From an uncultured Bacilli bacterium (GTDB taxonomy: Bacteria > Bacillota_I > Bacilli_A > RF39 > UBA660), in assembly GCA_934098375.1 (NCBI GenBank), contig CAKOOC010000002.1, positions 26,383 to 90,382 of the forward strand: a stretch of 64,000 nt of DNA, read 5' to 3'. Numbering within the stretch: the first letter of the stretch is position 1; each line of letters opens with the position of its first letter. This document shows positions 43,804 to 53,197 of the stretch, piece by piece. The position numbers and the translations under genes are program-made. The notes beneath the pieces were generated by a model. It was not told where the DNA came from. It did no database searches and saw nothing but the letters and a program-made list of their open reading frames with translations.

Positions 43804-44853
43804 ATGAAATACAGTGTCAATGGGAACAGTATTACTCTAGTTTTAATTACAACATTTATTTCCAGTTTAATTTTAGTTCCTCTCGTAAAAAAAATTGCGC
43901 ACCATATTGGTGCAATTGATATGCCAAATGAACGAAAAGTTCACAAAAAGCCTATGCCAAGACTTGGCGGACTTGCTATATTTTTATCATTTTTAATTGG
44001 ATACATTTTCTTTGGAGAAGTTACAACTCAAATGATATCTATATTAATAGGTGGAACCTTACTTATTATTTTAGGAATTTGTGACGATATAAAACCAATT
44101 AAAGCCAGTTATAAATTCGTTGGACAAGTTGTAGCCGCATCGGTAGTAGTATTTTATGGTAATATCTATTTACCATCCTTATCAGCATTTGGCTTAAATA
44201 TAGAATTCTATAATTGGGGATACCCTTTAGCAATATTATTTATTGTTTCCATTATAAATGCTATTAATTTAATTGATGGTTTAGATGGTTTGGCCGGTGG
44301 AACATGTTCGATTTTTTTCCTAACCATTTTTATAATTGCATTTTGCTTAGATCGTTATAGAACCTTAGATGTAACCCTTTGCTTAATAATGCTAGGATCT
44401 ACTTTAGGCTTTCTTGTTTATAATTTTAATCCCGCTTCCATATTTATGGGGGATACAGGAAGTATGTTTTTAGGATTTATGATTTCTGTAATAGCGCTTT
44501 TAGGTTATAAAGCAGCTACTGTTACTTCTCTTATCATTCCTATTATAATCTTATTTTTACCAATATTAGATACAATTTTAGCAATGATTAGAAGAATTAT
44601 CAAAGGAGAAAGTATAGGCACTGCTGACAAAGAACACATTCATCACCAACTTTTAAAACTAAATAAATCAACTAAAAAAACTGTATTAATCATGTATGGA
44701 ATAAATATGATTTGTGCTACTATTTCTATATTTTACGCTTTAGGTGATAATAGATTGTCAATTATTTTATATATTATCCTATTAATAATAATTATAATAT
44801 TATTGTTTAAAACTGACATTTTATTTAAGCATAATAAACAAAATAAAAATTAA
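43804..44853 (+). CDS. tagO: undecaprenyl-phosphate GlcNAc-1-phosphate transferase (WecA/TagO family)
   Basis: MraY/WecA motifs NAINLIDGLDGLAGG and DTGS are present, with ~10 TM helices. Confidence 0.8.
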   Translation: MKYSVNGNSITLVLITTFISSLILVPLVKKIAHHIGAIDMPNERKVHKKPMPRLGGLAIFLSFLIGYIFFGEVTTQMISILIGGTLLIILGICDDIKPIKASYKFVGQVVAASVVVFYGNIYLPSLSAFGLNIEFYNWGYPLAILFIVSIINAINLIDGLDGLAGGTCSIFFLTIFIIAFCLDRYRTLDVTLCLIMLGSTLGFLVYNFNPASIFMGDTGSMFLGFMISVIALLGYKAATVTSLIIPIIILFLPILDTILAMIRRIIKGESIGTADKEHIHHQLLKLNKSTKKTVLIMYGINMICATISIFYALGDNRLSIILYIILLIIIIILLFKTDILFKHNKQNKN

Positions 44854-44922
44854 CAAAATTTAAAAAATCAAAAAGTGTTTAATAAAACGCTTTTTTTTGA
44901 TACAATTATAACGTGATGTAAA

Positions 44923-45927
44923 ATGCAAATGATATTGTACGATTTTGATGGCACTATCTATGATGGTGATAGTTCGGTAGATTTTTTTAAATATTGCCTA
45001 AAACATAATAAGAAAATTTATAAACGCTTTCCTAAAATGATATTAGCCTTTTTTAGATATAAAACGAAATATATAAATATAACTGAATGTAAAGAAGAAC
45101 TATTTTCTTTTCTAAATGATGTGGAAAACATCGATAAAATGGTGGAAAACTTTTGGAAAGAAAATGAAGAGAAAGTCAAAAAGTTTTATTTAGAAAAAGA
45201 ACATTCTAATGACATAATAATTTCTGCTTCACCTGAATTTCTTTTAAAACCAATATGTAATAAATTAAAAGTTAAAGATTTAATCGCTTCTAATGTTGAT
45301 AAACATAATGGTAAGTTTTACGAGACAAATAATTCCAAAGAAGTCAAAGTGAAAAACTTCTATCAAAAATATCCTAAGGCTATTATCAAAGAAATGTATA
45401 GTGATTCAAATAATGATAAGCCTTTGTTAGACCTTGCTGAAAAAAGTTATTTTGTCAAAAAGAATAAATTATATGATTACAAAAATTATAAGCCTAACAT
45501 ATTTAAAAGATTTTGGGACTTCGGCTGGGGAATATATCACAAAAATGAAGAACTTTGGAATTATCTAATAGTCGGGGCTTTAACAACAGTTGTTTCTGTT
45601 TTGTCTTATGCTTTATTTTCTAAAAGTTTAAATATCAATTATATAGCATCTAATGTTTTATCTTGGATCGTAGCTGTAATATTTGCTTATTTTACCAATA
45701 GATATTTCGTTTTTCATAGTAAAAGCGCTCAAAAATTAAAAGAATTTATAAGCTTTACGGCATCCAGAGTAGCAACTTTAATTTTAGACACTTTATTAAT
45801 GATATTGTTTGTAGAAAAAATCAAATTAGATGATATGATAGCCAAATTAATAGTACAAGTAGTAGTAGTAATTGGCAATTATATTTTAAGTAAATTATTA
45901 GTATTTAAAACTAATAAAAAGGAGTAA
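44923..45927 (+). CDS. HAD-like hydrolase fused to a GtrA-family 4-TM domain
   Basis: The N-terminal HAD motif I is LYDFDGT. The C-terminal ~120 aa show the GtrA pattern (WNYLIVGALTTVVSVLSYALF...NRYFVF). Confidence 0.5.
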   Translation: MQMILYDFDGTIYDGDSSVDFFKYCLKHNKKIYKRFPKMILAFFRYKTKYINITECKEELFSFLNDVENIDKMVENFWKENEEKVKKFYLEKEHSNDIIISASPEFLLKPICNKLKVKDLIASNVDKHNGKFYETNNSKEVKVKNFYQKYPKAIIKEMYSDSNNDKPLLDLAEKSYFVKKNKLYDYKNYKPNIFKRFWDFGWGIYHKNEELWNYLIVGALTTVVSVLSYALFSKSLNINYIASNVLSWIVAVIFAYFTNRYFVFHSKSAQKLKEFISFTASRVATLILDTLLMILFVEKIKLDDMIAKLIVQVVVVIGNYILSKLLVFKTNKKE

Positions 45928-45931
45928 AAAA

Positions 45932-46561
45932 ATGAAAAAATTTATAGGATACTATCGCGACTGCGATTTATTAACAATGACTGGAACATCACTAGCACTT
46001 TTAGGTATTGTTTTTGCAATTAATGGAAACCGCTTATTACCAATTTTCTGTTTAATACTAGCCGGAATTTGTGATGCTTTTGATGGGAAATTAGCAAGAA
46101 GAAAAGAAGCAACTAAAGAGCAATCAGTCTATGGCGTTCAACTTGATTCATTATCAGATTTAATTTCTTTTGGTGTTTTTCCTTTAGTATTAACCGTTTG
46201 TTGTTTACCAAAAAGTTGTTATTATGCATGGATTTGCCTAATCTTTTATAGTTTGTGTGGCATGATTCGTTTAGCGTATTTTAATACTTTAGATATTTGT
46301 AAGAAAAGTGAAAAAGGATACTTTATTGGTGCTCCAATTACCTCTATATCTGTTATTTATCCATTAATATATTTAGCATGTTTCTTTCTAAAATTTAAAT
46401 ATTTTGATATAATCGCTTCAATCTTTTTTGTAATAGTTGGACTATCATTTATCTTTCGCATAAAAATTAAGAAATTAGATGATAATGCTAAAATTGTCTT
46501 ATCCATATTAGGTGTTATTCTTATTTTAGGTGTTTTAATTAAATTCATAATATGCCGTTAA
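45932..46561 (+). CDS. CDP-alcohol phosphatidyltransferase family protein
   Basis: The signature DG(x)2AR(x)8G(x)3D(x)3D is present as DAFDGKLARRKEATKEQSVYGVQLDSLSD. The product is 209 aa with ~6 TM helices. Confidence 0.6.
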   Translation: MKKFIGYYRDCDLLTMTGTSLALLGIVFAINGNRLLPIFCLILAGICDAFDGKLARRKEATKEQSVYGVQLDSLSDLISFGVFPLVLTVCCLPKSCYYAWICLIFYSLCGMIRLAYFNTLDICKKSEKGYFIGAPITSISVIYPLIYLACFFLKFKYFDIIASIFFVIVGLSFIFRIKIKKLDDNAKIVLSILGVILILGVLIKFIICR

Positions 46562-46585
46562 ATTACCATTAAGGTAATTTTTTTT
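46561..46585 (+). terminator. intrinsic terminator
   Basis: Hairpin aattacc-attaa-ggtaatt followed by T8. Confidence 0.6.
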
Positions 46586-46906
46586 GCGAAAAAAAGGAAA
46601 TCTAAAATTTCTCGTTAATATATATTATGAAAGAAAAAAATAAATGATATGTATTAAAGTGTTACAAAAAAATAAACAATAAGGTTATTTTTTTCTGCCC
46701 ATCGAAAGGTTAAATTTGGTAAAGAATTTTCTAAAAGCAATTTAGAAAGAATAAGAAAATTTTATACTTGTTTTTCAATTACGACGACAGCGTTGTCGCA
46801 ATTGAATTATTCTCACTATTTAGAACTTATTAAAAAAATAATATGTATTAAAGTGTTACAAAAGAAATTAACAACAAAATTATTTTCTTATGCCCATCGA
46901 AAGGGT
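46586..46906 (+). repeat. duplicated promoter/5'-CDS module of the downstream ABC-FtsX gene (copy A 46586-46700; copy B 46842-46906) within a 197-bp tandem duplication
   Basis: Copy A is ~93% identical over ~100 nt to 48368-48470, which is the real promoter and first codons MICI.... Copy B repeats the ATATGTATTAAAGTGTTACAAAAGAAAT...CCCATCGAAAGG segment. Confidence 0.65.
46713..46840 (+). pseudogene. internal fragment of a YhcG/DUF1016 paralog
   Basis: It translates to ...FGKEFSKSNLERIRKFY...YSHYLELIKK. This matches GKGFSSRNLRTMRKFY...WSHYLELIK of the intact gene at 47178-47310. Confidence 0.55.
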
Positions 46907-46954
46907 AATAAAAATAATATTTGACTTTAATATATAACTGATTGGAGGTAGCTT

Positions 46955-47986
46955 ATGAACAATGAATTAATATATAAAGATAATGAAGTAAATAATATTT
47001 TTAATAATATCAAAGATTTAGTTATAAATAGTAGAAATAAAGTTTACCATACTGTGAATACAGAAATGCTTAATTTATATTGGAATATAGGAAAAGTAAT
47101 TATGGAAATACAACAAGGTGAAGAAAGAGCCAGTTATGGCGATACTGTATTAGACAAATTATCTAAAAAGTTAACTAATGAATTTGGTAAAGGATTTTCT
47201 TCAAGAAATTTACGAACTATGAGAAAATTTTATCTAATGTATCCAATTTGGAAGACAGTGTCTGCCAAATTAAGTTGGTCGCACTATTTAGAACTTATTA
47301 AAATAGATGACGAACTTAAAAGAAATTTTTATTTAAATGAATGTATCAATTCTAAATGGAGTGTTAGAGAACTTCAAAGGCAAAGAGATTCATTACTTTA
47401 TGAAAGATTAACGATATCTGCTAATAAAGAAAAAATACTTGAATTATCTGAAAAAGGACAAATTTTAAAAACAAGCAAAGATTTAGTCAAAGACCCTTTT
47501 GTACTGGAATTTTTAGATATAAAAGAAAATACAGATTATTTAGAATCCGATTTAGAAAAAAATATTATAGAACATATAAAGGATTTTTTATTGGAATTAG
47601 GGGAAGGCTTTAGTTATGTGGGCAATCAAGTAAGATTAACACTAGAAGAAGCGCATTTTTACCCAGATTTAGTTTTTTATAATAGACTTCTAAGATGCTT
47701 TGTAATTATTGATTTGAAAATAGGAAAAGTAACACATCAAGATATCGGACAAATGCAAATGTATGTTAATTACTACGATAGAGAAATAAAACAAGTTGAT
47801 GAAAAGCCAACAGTTGGGATATTACTTTCAACAAACAAAAATGAAACAATTGTAAAATATACCCTTCCCGAAGATAATAAAACGATATTTTCTTCCGAAT
47901 ATAAATTACATATGCCAACAGAACAAGAATTAATAACAGCTGTAGAAGAAGAAAAGAAAAATTTTAAATTAAATAAAGGAAATTAA
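46955..47986 (+). CDS. YhcG-like PD-(D/E)XK nuclease family protein (DUF1016)
   Basis: The N-terminal DUF1016 region reads GKGFSSRNLRTMRKFY...LSWSHYLELIK...WSVRELQRQ. The C-terminal PDDEXK-like core reads GEGFSYVGNQVRL...PDLVFYNRLLRCFVIIDLKIGK. Confidence 0.65.
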   Translation: MNNELIYKDNEVNNIFNNIKDLVINSRNKVYHTVNTEMLNLYWNIGKVIMEIQQGEERASYGDTVLDKLSKKLTNEFGKGFSSRNLRTMRKFYLMYPIWKTVSAKLSWSHYLELIKIDDELKRNFYLNECINSKWSVRELQRQRDSLLYERLTISANKEKILELSEKGQILKTSKDLVKDPFVLEFLDIKENTDYLESDLEKNIIEHIKDFLLELGEGFSYVGNQVRLTLEEAHFYPDLVFYNRLLRCFVIIDLKIGKVTHQDIGQMQMYVNYYDREIKQVDEKPTVGILLSTNKNETIVKYTLPEDNKTIFSSEYKLHMPTEQELITAVEEEKKNFKLNKGN

Positions 47987-48097
47987 ACGTTAATCACAAA
48001 TGGTATAATCTATTTGAAATTAAGAGAATTTATTGTAAGGAATTGAGCACATATGAAAGGATTGAAAAAATAATGCATACAGAAAAGTAAAAACTTC

Positions 48098-48245
48098 ATG
48101 AAAAATAATTATCCTAACATAAAAGGGTTTACTAAAAGAAATATATAACAAACGGTTCAATTTTATAGTACTTATAAAGATGATGAGATTGTGACACCAC
48201 TGGAAACGCAATTTATGTTATGAGTGGCTAAAAACGAAGTAATAA
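48098..48245 (+). pseudogene. frameshifted N-terminal fragment of another YhcG/DUF1016 paralog
   Basis: MKNNYPNIKGFTKRNI, a stop, a frameshift, then ...FYSTYKDDEIVTPLETQ. Compare E. coli YhcG LPDVKGFSVRNLKYMRKF...PDEAIVQQVVAQ. Confidence 0.45.
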
Positions 48246-48425
48246 TAATGATAGTAAAAACACATCAGGCATTATGCTAGAAGAAATAATTTGTAAAGAT
48301 ATTCAGATACTAGGTGTTAAAGTCGATAGAAAATCAAATTCTTGATTTGTATTGTCAATTATTTTTACGAAAAAAAAGGAAATCCAAAATTTCTCGTTAA
48401 TATATATTATGAAAGGAAAAAATAA

Positions 48426-50315
48426 ATGATATGTATTAACAATGTTACAAAAGAAATAAACAATAATGTTATTTTAAAAAATATAAATTTAAAATTTAGA
48501 GAAAAAGGCTTAGTTTTTATTCTTGGCCCATCTGGTTCAGGCAAAACGACTCTTTTAAATCTAATCGGTAAAATCGATACCCCTACGAAAGGCAATATTT
48601 TATATTATAATAATGATATTAAAAATATTTCTGATTATAAATATCATAATCAAATTGTCAGTTTTATATTTCAAGATTATAACTTGCTTACCAATTTAAA
48701 TTTTTATGATAATCTTTTTTTACTGCCTAATTTAAACAAAAAGATCTCTAACTATCAAAAAATAATAAAAAATTTAAAACTAGATGGTGTTAATAAAAAA
48801 GAAAATATCAATAAATTATCTGGCGGTGAAAAACAAAGAATCGCCATTTGTAGATGTTTAATGCAAAATACTAGTGTTATTTTAGCAGATGAACCAACAG
48901 GTGCTTTAGATTCTGAAAACAGTTTGGCTGTTATGGATTTATTAAAAAAGGCATCAAAAAATAAATTAGTTATTGTTGTTACTCATAATGAATTTTTAGC
49001 ACAAAAATATGGTGATCGTATTATTAGAATTGAAGATGGAAGTATTAAAAGTGACACAAATCCTTTTTACGGTATAATACCCCAAAGTATTAAATTAAGT
49101 AATTTTAAAGTTTCTTTTAAAGATATACTAAAAATAAGTTTAAAAAATATTAAAGTAAAAAAGAAAAGATGTATTTTAACGTCCTTAGCTTTTGCTATTG
49201 GGTTACTTAGTTTATCTTTAATTTTATCTATTAAAAATGGTTTTTCTAAAGAAATAAACAAATATGAACAAGAATATTTATATAATTATCCCCTAATTAT
49301 AAGTAAAGAAGGAATAAGTCTTAATAATAATGTTTTAAAAGAAGAAAAAATTATTACCGGCGACTTTTCTGTTACCAAAGATTATTCTTTAATTACCAAT
49401 TCTATAACAAAAGATTTACTTAAACAAGTAAAAAATCTAAATCCCCATCTTTATGAAGAAATAACCTACTATAAAGACATTGACTATAATTTTAAAAAAG
49501 TCTCTTATGTCATTAATGATTATAAGAAGTTTACCCTTATAAGGGGAAGATATCCTCGTAATAATAATGAAGTCGTACTATTATTAAATTATAATAATAG
49601 TTTAAGTGAAAGTGTTTATAACTATTTAAATATTTTTAAAAGTAATTATAAAGACTATTTAAATACTTCATTTATTGTTAATAATCAAAAACTTAAAATA
49701 GTTGGTTTTGTAAAAAGTGATAATTCATATTATTCATCTTTAAATGGAATCTTATATCAAAGTAGTCTATTTGATCGTCCTATCACAGATATCTATATTT
49801 ATCCCCGAAATTATCATAGTAAAATAACTATTAAAGAAAATTTAAAAAATGTAAATATTATTGATAATGCCGAAAATACGTTATCGCTTTTAAAAAATTT
49901 GATTAAAACTATAAGTATTATTTTAATATTATTTAGTGTTATATCTATAATTGTTTCTATTATTATGATTTATATTATAACTTTTATAAATACCTTAGAA
50001 AGAACGAAAGAAATTGGTATTTTAAAAAGTATTGGTTATAAAAATCGGCATATTAAAAAAATATTTATTTGTGAAAGTAATATAATTTGCTTGTTTTCCT
50101 TTTTTATCAGCATTACATTATGTTTAATTTTAAACAAACTTTTAAGTACATGGATATATCAAAAAATAGAAATAAAAAATTTAGCATCATTAAATATAAA
50201 TATAATCTTATTTATTCTTATATTTAGTATCATTATTTCTTATATTTCTAGTTTTATTCCGGCGAGTAAAGCAAGCAAAAAACGTATAATTGATTCCTTA
50301 AAATCTAATGAATAA
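48426..50315 (+). CDS. ABC transporter ATP-binding/FtsX-permease fusion protein (MacB-like)
   Basis: The N-terminal ATPase has GPSGSGKTT, LSGGEKQR and ILADEP. The C-terminal FtsX domain has 4 TM helices and a large extracytoplasmic loop. Confidence 0.8.
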   Translation: MICINNVTKEINNNVILKNINLKFREKGLVFILGPSGSGKTTLLNLIGKIDTPTKGNILYYNNDIKNISDYKYHNQIVSFIFQDYNLLTNLNFYDNLFLLPNLNKKISNYQKIIKNLKLDGVNKKENINKLSGGEKQRIAICRCLMQNTSVILADEPTGALDSENSLAVMDLLKKASKNKLVIVVTHNEFLAQKYGDRIIRIEDGSIKSDTNPFYGIIPQSIKLSNFKVSFKDILKISLKNIKVKKKRCILTSLAFAIGLLSLSLILSIKNGFSKEINKYEQEYLYNYPLIISKEGISLNNNVLKEEKIITGDFSVTKDYSLITNSITKDLLKQVKNLNPHLYEEITYYKDIDYNFKKVSYVINDYKKFTLIRGRYPRNNNEVVLLLNYNNSLSESVYNYLNIFKSNYKDYLNTSFIVNNQKLKIVGFVKSDNSYYSSLNGILYQSSLFDRPITDIYIYPRNYHSKITIKENLKNVNIIDNAENTLSLLKNLIKTISIILILFSVISIIVSIIMIYIITFINTLERTKEIGILKSIGYKNRHIKKIFICESNIICLFSFFISITLCLILNKLLSTWIYQKIEIKNLASLNINIILFILIFSIIISYISSFIPASKASKKRIIDSLKSNE

Positions 50316-50353
50316 AATCATCTAAAAAAGCGCAAAATAATAATGGTGATTTA

Positions 50354-50791
50354 ATGAAAGACGAATTAGGAATTATTAATTATGTTTATAAAAATGCTAA
50401 AATGGGAGCCGAATCAACAAAAACTCTCTTAAAAACATTAGAAAATAAAGATAATAAAATTACACCCGTTGTAGAAGATATATTAAATAGTTATGAGCAG
50501 TTTCAAAATGATAGTGAAAAACTTTTAACTGATTTAAATGAAAAAGGCCAAGGTTTTGGTAAAGGGGCCACTATAAGTGCTGACATGGGAATTAAAATGC
50601 AAGTATTAAAAGATAACAGTGATGCCGCCATAGCAGACATGTTAATTAAAGGTTTAACTATGGGCGAAATAGAAATGACTAAAATGTTTGGAACTTTTGA
50701 TGAAGATATTGATGAAGATATCAAAAAAATAATTAGAGATTTTAAAGACTTTCAAAGTAATGCAATTGTCAAATTAAAAAAATATTTATAA
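50354..50791 (+). CDS. hypothetical protein
   Basis: A 145-aa acidic product with no recognised motif. Confidence 0.4.
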   Translation: MKDELGIINYVYKNAKMGAESTKTLLKTLENKDNKITPVVEDILNSYEQFQNDSEKLLTDLNEKGQGFGKGATISADMGIKMQVLKDNSDAAIADMLIKGLTMGEIEMTKMFGTFDEDIDEDIKKIIRDFKDFQSNAIVKLKKYL

Positions 50792-50832
50792 TTTAAGACA
50801 AGCATCATGATATAATTTAACATGGTGATAGT

Positions 50833-51390
50833 ATGATTATACCAGTTGGTGTCAGTAAAAGACACATTCATTTAACTAAAGAAATATACGAAGAATTATT
50901 TGGATCTAAAGAAATGGAAGTTAGGAACTATTTAAAACAGCCTACCCAGTTTGCTAGTACTGATACATTAGATATAAAATGGAATAATCAAATAATTAAT
51001 CATGTTAGGATTGTAGGACCTTTAAGAGACTATAATCAAGTAGAAATTAATGAAAGTGACTCTAAAATTTTAGGAGTTAATCCTCCGAGAAGACAAAGTC
51101 ATGATTTGAATGGAAGTTTGCCTATTATATTAGTAGGTCCAAACAAAGAAGTATACTTAAATGAAGGCTTAATTCTTGCCGAAAAACATATTCATATGGA
51201 TGAAGAAACAGCCAAGAGATTAAATTTAGAAAATAAAGAAAGCGTAAATGTTTATATTAATAATGAATATGCTTTTGATGCTAAAATAAAAACATCCAAA
51301 GAAGCCTTTATTGAATTACATATTGATACAGATGAAGAACAAAAATATAATTTACACCAAGATGATCTTGTTCTATTTCACAAAAAATAA
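50833..51390 (+). CDS. PduL/EutD-type phosphate acyltransferase (phosphotransacylase)
   Basis: Two PduL repeats are present: IPVGVSKRHIHLTKE...LFG...QP.QFA and RIVGPLR...VEINESD; LPIILVGPN...EKHIHMDEE. Confidence 0.6.
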   Translation: MIIPVGVSKRHIHLTKEIYEELFGSKEMEVRNYLKQPTQFASTDTLDIKWNNQIINHVRIVGPLRDYNQVEINESDSKILGVNPPRRQSHDLNGSLPIILVGPNKEVYLNEGLILAEKHIHMDEETAKRLNLENKESVNVYINNEYAFDAKIKTSKEAFIELHIDTDEEQKYNLHQDDLVLFHKK

Positions 51391-51470
51391 TACTATGGAA
51401 ATTTTCTATAGTATTTTTATCTTGCATTAATCATTTATTTATTGCAAAATATTGCCAAAGAGGAATTATT

Positions 51471-52451
51471 ATGAAATGGAAAATTAAAAATTTAGAAATA
51501 AAAAATCAAGTTGTTTTAGCACCAATGGCTGGAATAAGTAATACAGCTTACAGACAAATTATTAAAGAGATGGGTGCTGGCTTAATATATGCAGAAATGG
51601 TTAGCGATAAAGCCATAACCTATGGTAATGAAAAAACTTTCGACTTATTAAAAATGGATGATAAAGAAAGACCTATCGCGCAGCAAATATTTGGTAGTGA
51701 TATTGATTCTTTTGTGAAGGCCGCTAAAATTATTGAAAAAACTATGCATCCAGATATAATAGATATTAATATGGGTTGTCCAGTTCCAAAAGTTGCTATC
51801 AAAAACCAAGCAGGAAGTGCTCTATTAAAAAATCCCCAAAAAATTTATGAAATTGTTAAAGCAGTAGTAGAAAATGTAAGTGTTCCTGTTACTGTAAAAA
51901 TTCGTAGTGGCTGGGATGAAAAAAATATTAATGCTTGCCTTGTTGCTAAAAAAATTGAAGAAGCGGGTGCGAGCGCTATAACAATACATGGACGCACTAG
52001 ATCTCAAGGATATAGTGGAAAAGCCGACTGGGATATTATCAAAAAAGTAAAAGAAAGTGTTAGCATTCCTGTAATAGGCAATGGTGATATTAAATCTTGT
52101 TTTGACGCTAAAAGAATGTTAGAAGAAACTCACTGTGATGCTGTTATGATTGGAAGAGGGGTTTTAGGAAATCCTTGGTTAATCAAGGAATGCGTAGAAT
52201 ACTTAGAAAATGGCACATTACCTAAAGAAATAGCACCTGAGGAAAAAATAGAAATGTTAAAAAAACATTATGAACTACTTTTAAATGCTACTAATGAAAG
52301 ACAAGCAATCTTAGAAATCAGAATGCATGCTCTTTGGTATATTAAGGGTTTACCAAACAGTGCCAATATAAAAAATAATATTTGCAAGTGTCAAACAAGT
52401 GAAGAATTATTTAATTGCCTTAACGATTATTTAAAAACTCTAAACAAATAA
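51471..52451 (+). CDS. dusB: tRNA-dihydrouridine synthase
   Basis: LAPMAGISNTAYRQI... with a TIM-barrel FMN pattern. The product is 326 aa. Confidence 0.85.
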   Translation: MKWKIKNLEIKNQVVLAPMAGISNTAYRQIIKEMGAGLIYAEMVSDKAITYGNEKTFDLLKMDDKERPIAQQIFGSDIDSFVKAAKIIEKTMHPDIIDINMGCPVPKVAIKNQAGSALLKNPQKIYEIVKAVVENVSVPVTVKIRSGWDEKNINACLVAKKIEEAGASAITIHGRTRSQGYSGKADWDIIKKVKESVSIPVIGNGDIKSCFDAKRMLEETHCDAVMIGRGVLGNPWLIKECVEYLENGTLPKEIAPEEKIEMLKKHYELLLNATNERQAILEIRMHALWYIKGLPNSANIKNNICKCQTSEELFNCLNDYLKTLNK

Positions 52452-52505
52452 ATTGCATTAATCTCATCTTTATAATATAATCTAATTATAATAAAGGAGT
52501 GTCAA

Positions 52506-53195
52506 ATGGAAAAAGAAACTAAAACTAAAAAAACGACAAAAAGTAGTACTAAGTCATCTGCTGTAAAAAAGACTAATACTGTAAAAAAGGAAAAAGTTCC
52601 TAAAAAGACCAAAGAATTAAATGAAACTGTTAAAATTGAAGAAACAGAAAAAATAAACAAAATAATTCCCATCAGTGAAAATGAAATAGAATGCATTTAT
52701 TGTCATAATACTTTTCAAAAAGGAATGAGTATTTGCCCTCATTGCCGTAAAAGACAAAAAAGTAATTTAAGCATAGTATTCTTCCTTTTATTCGCAGCCA
52801 TATTTATAACAATTATACTATGTACTCATTTTATCGAAAAAATTGGTAATGGCTCTAATTTAAGTGAAGAAGATTATAAGCAATCATGTGAATTAGTATC
52901 TTATGAAAACCTAGTAAGAAAACCCGTTGATTATAAAGATAAAGATATTAGAATAATTGGTACCGTAGTAGAAGTAACTGGTATCGATACAGGGCTTGGA
53001 AACGATATGAAAATTACTATTGATGCTAATCTATTTAACGATGGCAAAAATTACTATGTTGAAATCAATTATGTTGATAAGAAATATGAACAAGGATTTA
53101 TTAACGGCGACATGATAACTGTTTATGGAAAGTATCAAACAATTAATGGTAATACGCCAGTAGTTAATGCAAAATACATTGTATTCGGTCAATAA
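52506..53195 (+). CDS. hypothetical zinc-ribbon membrane protein with extracytoplasmic domain
   Basis: The N-terminus is Lys/Thr-rich. A Zn ribbon reads CIYCHN...CPHCRK, followed by one TM helix and a ~120-aa outside domain. Confidence 0.45.
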   Translation: MEKETKTKKTTKSSTKSSAVKKTNTVKKEKVPKKTKELNETVKIEETEKINKIIPISENEIECIYCHNTFQKGMSICPHCRKRQKSNLSIVFFLLFAAIFITIILCTHFIEKIGNGSNLSEEDYKQSCELVSYENLVRKPVDYKDKDIRIIGTVVEVTGIDTGLGNDMKITIDANLFNDGKNYYVEINYVDKKYEQGFINGDMITVYGKYQTINGNTPVVNAKYIVFGQ

Positions 53196-53197
53196 AT

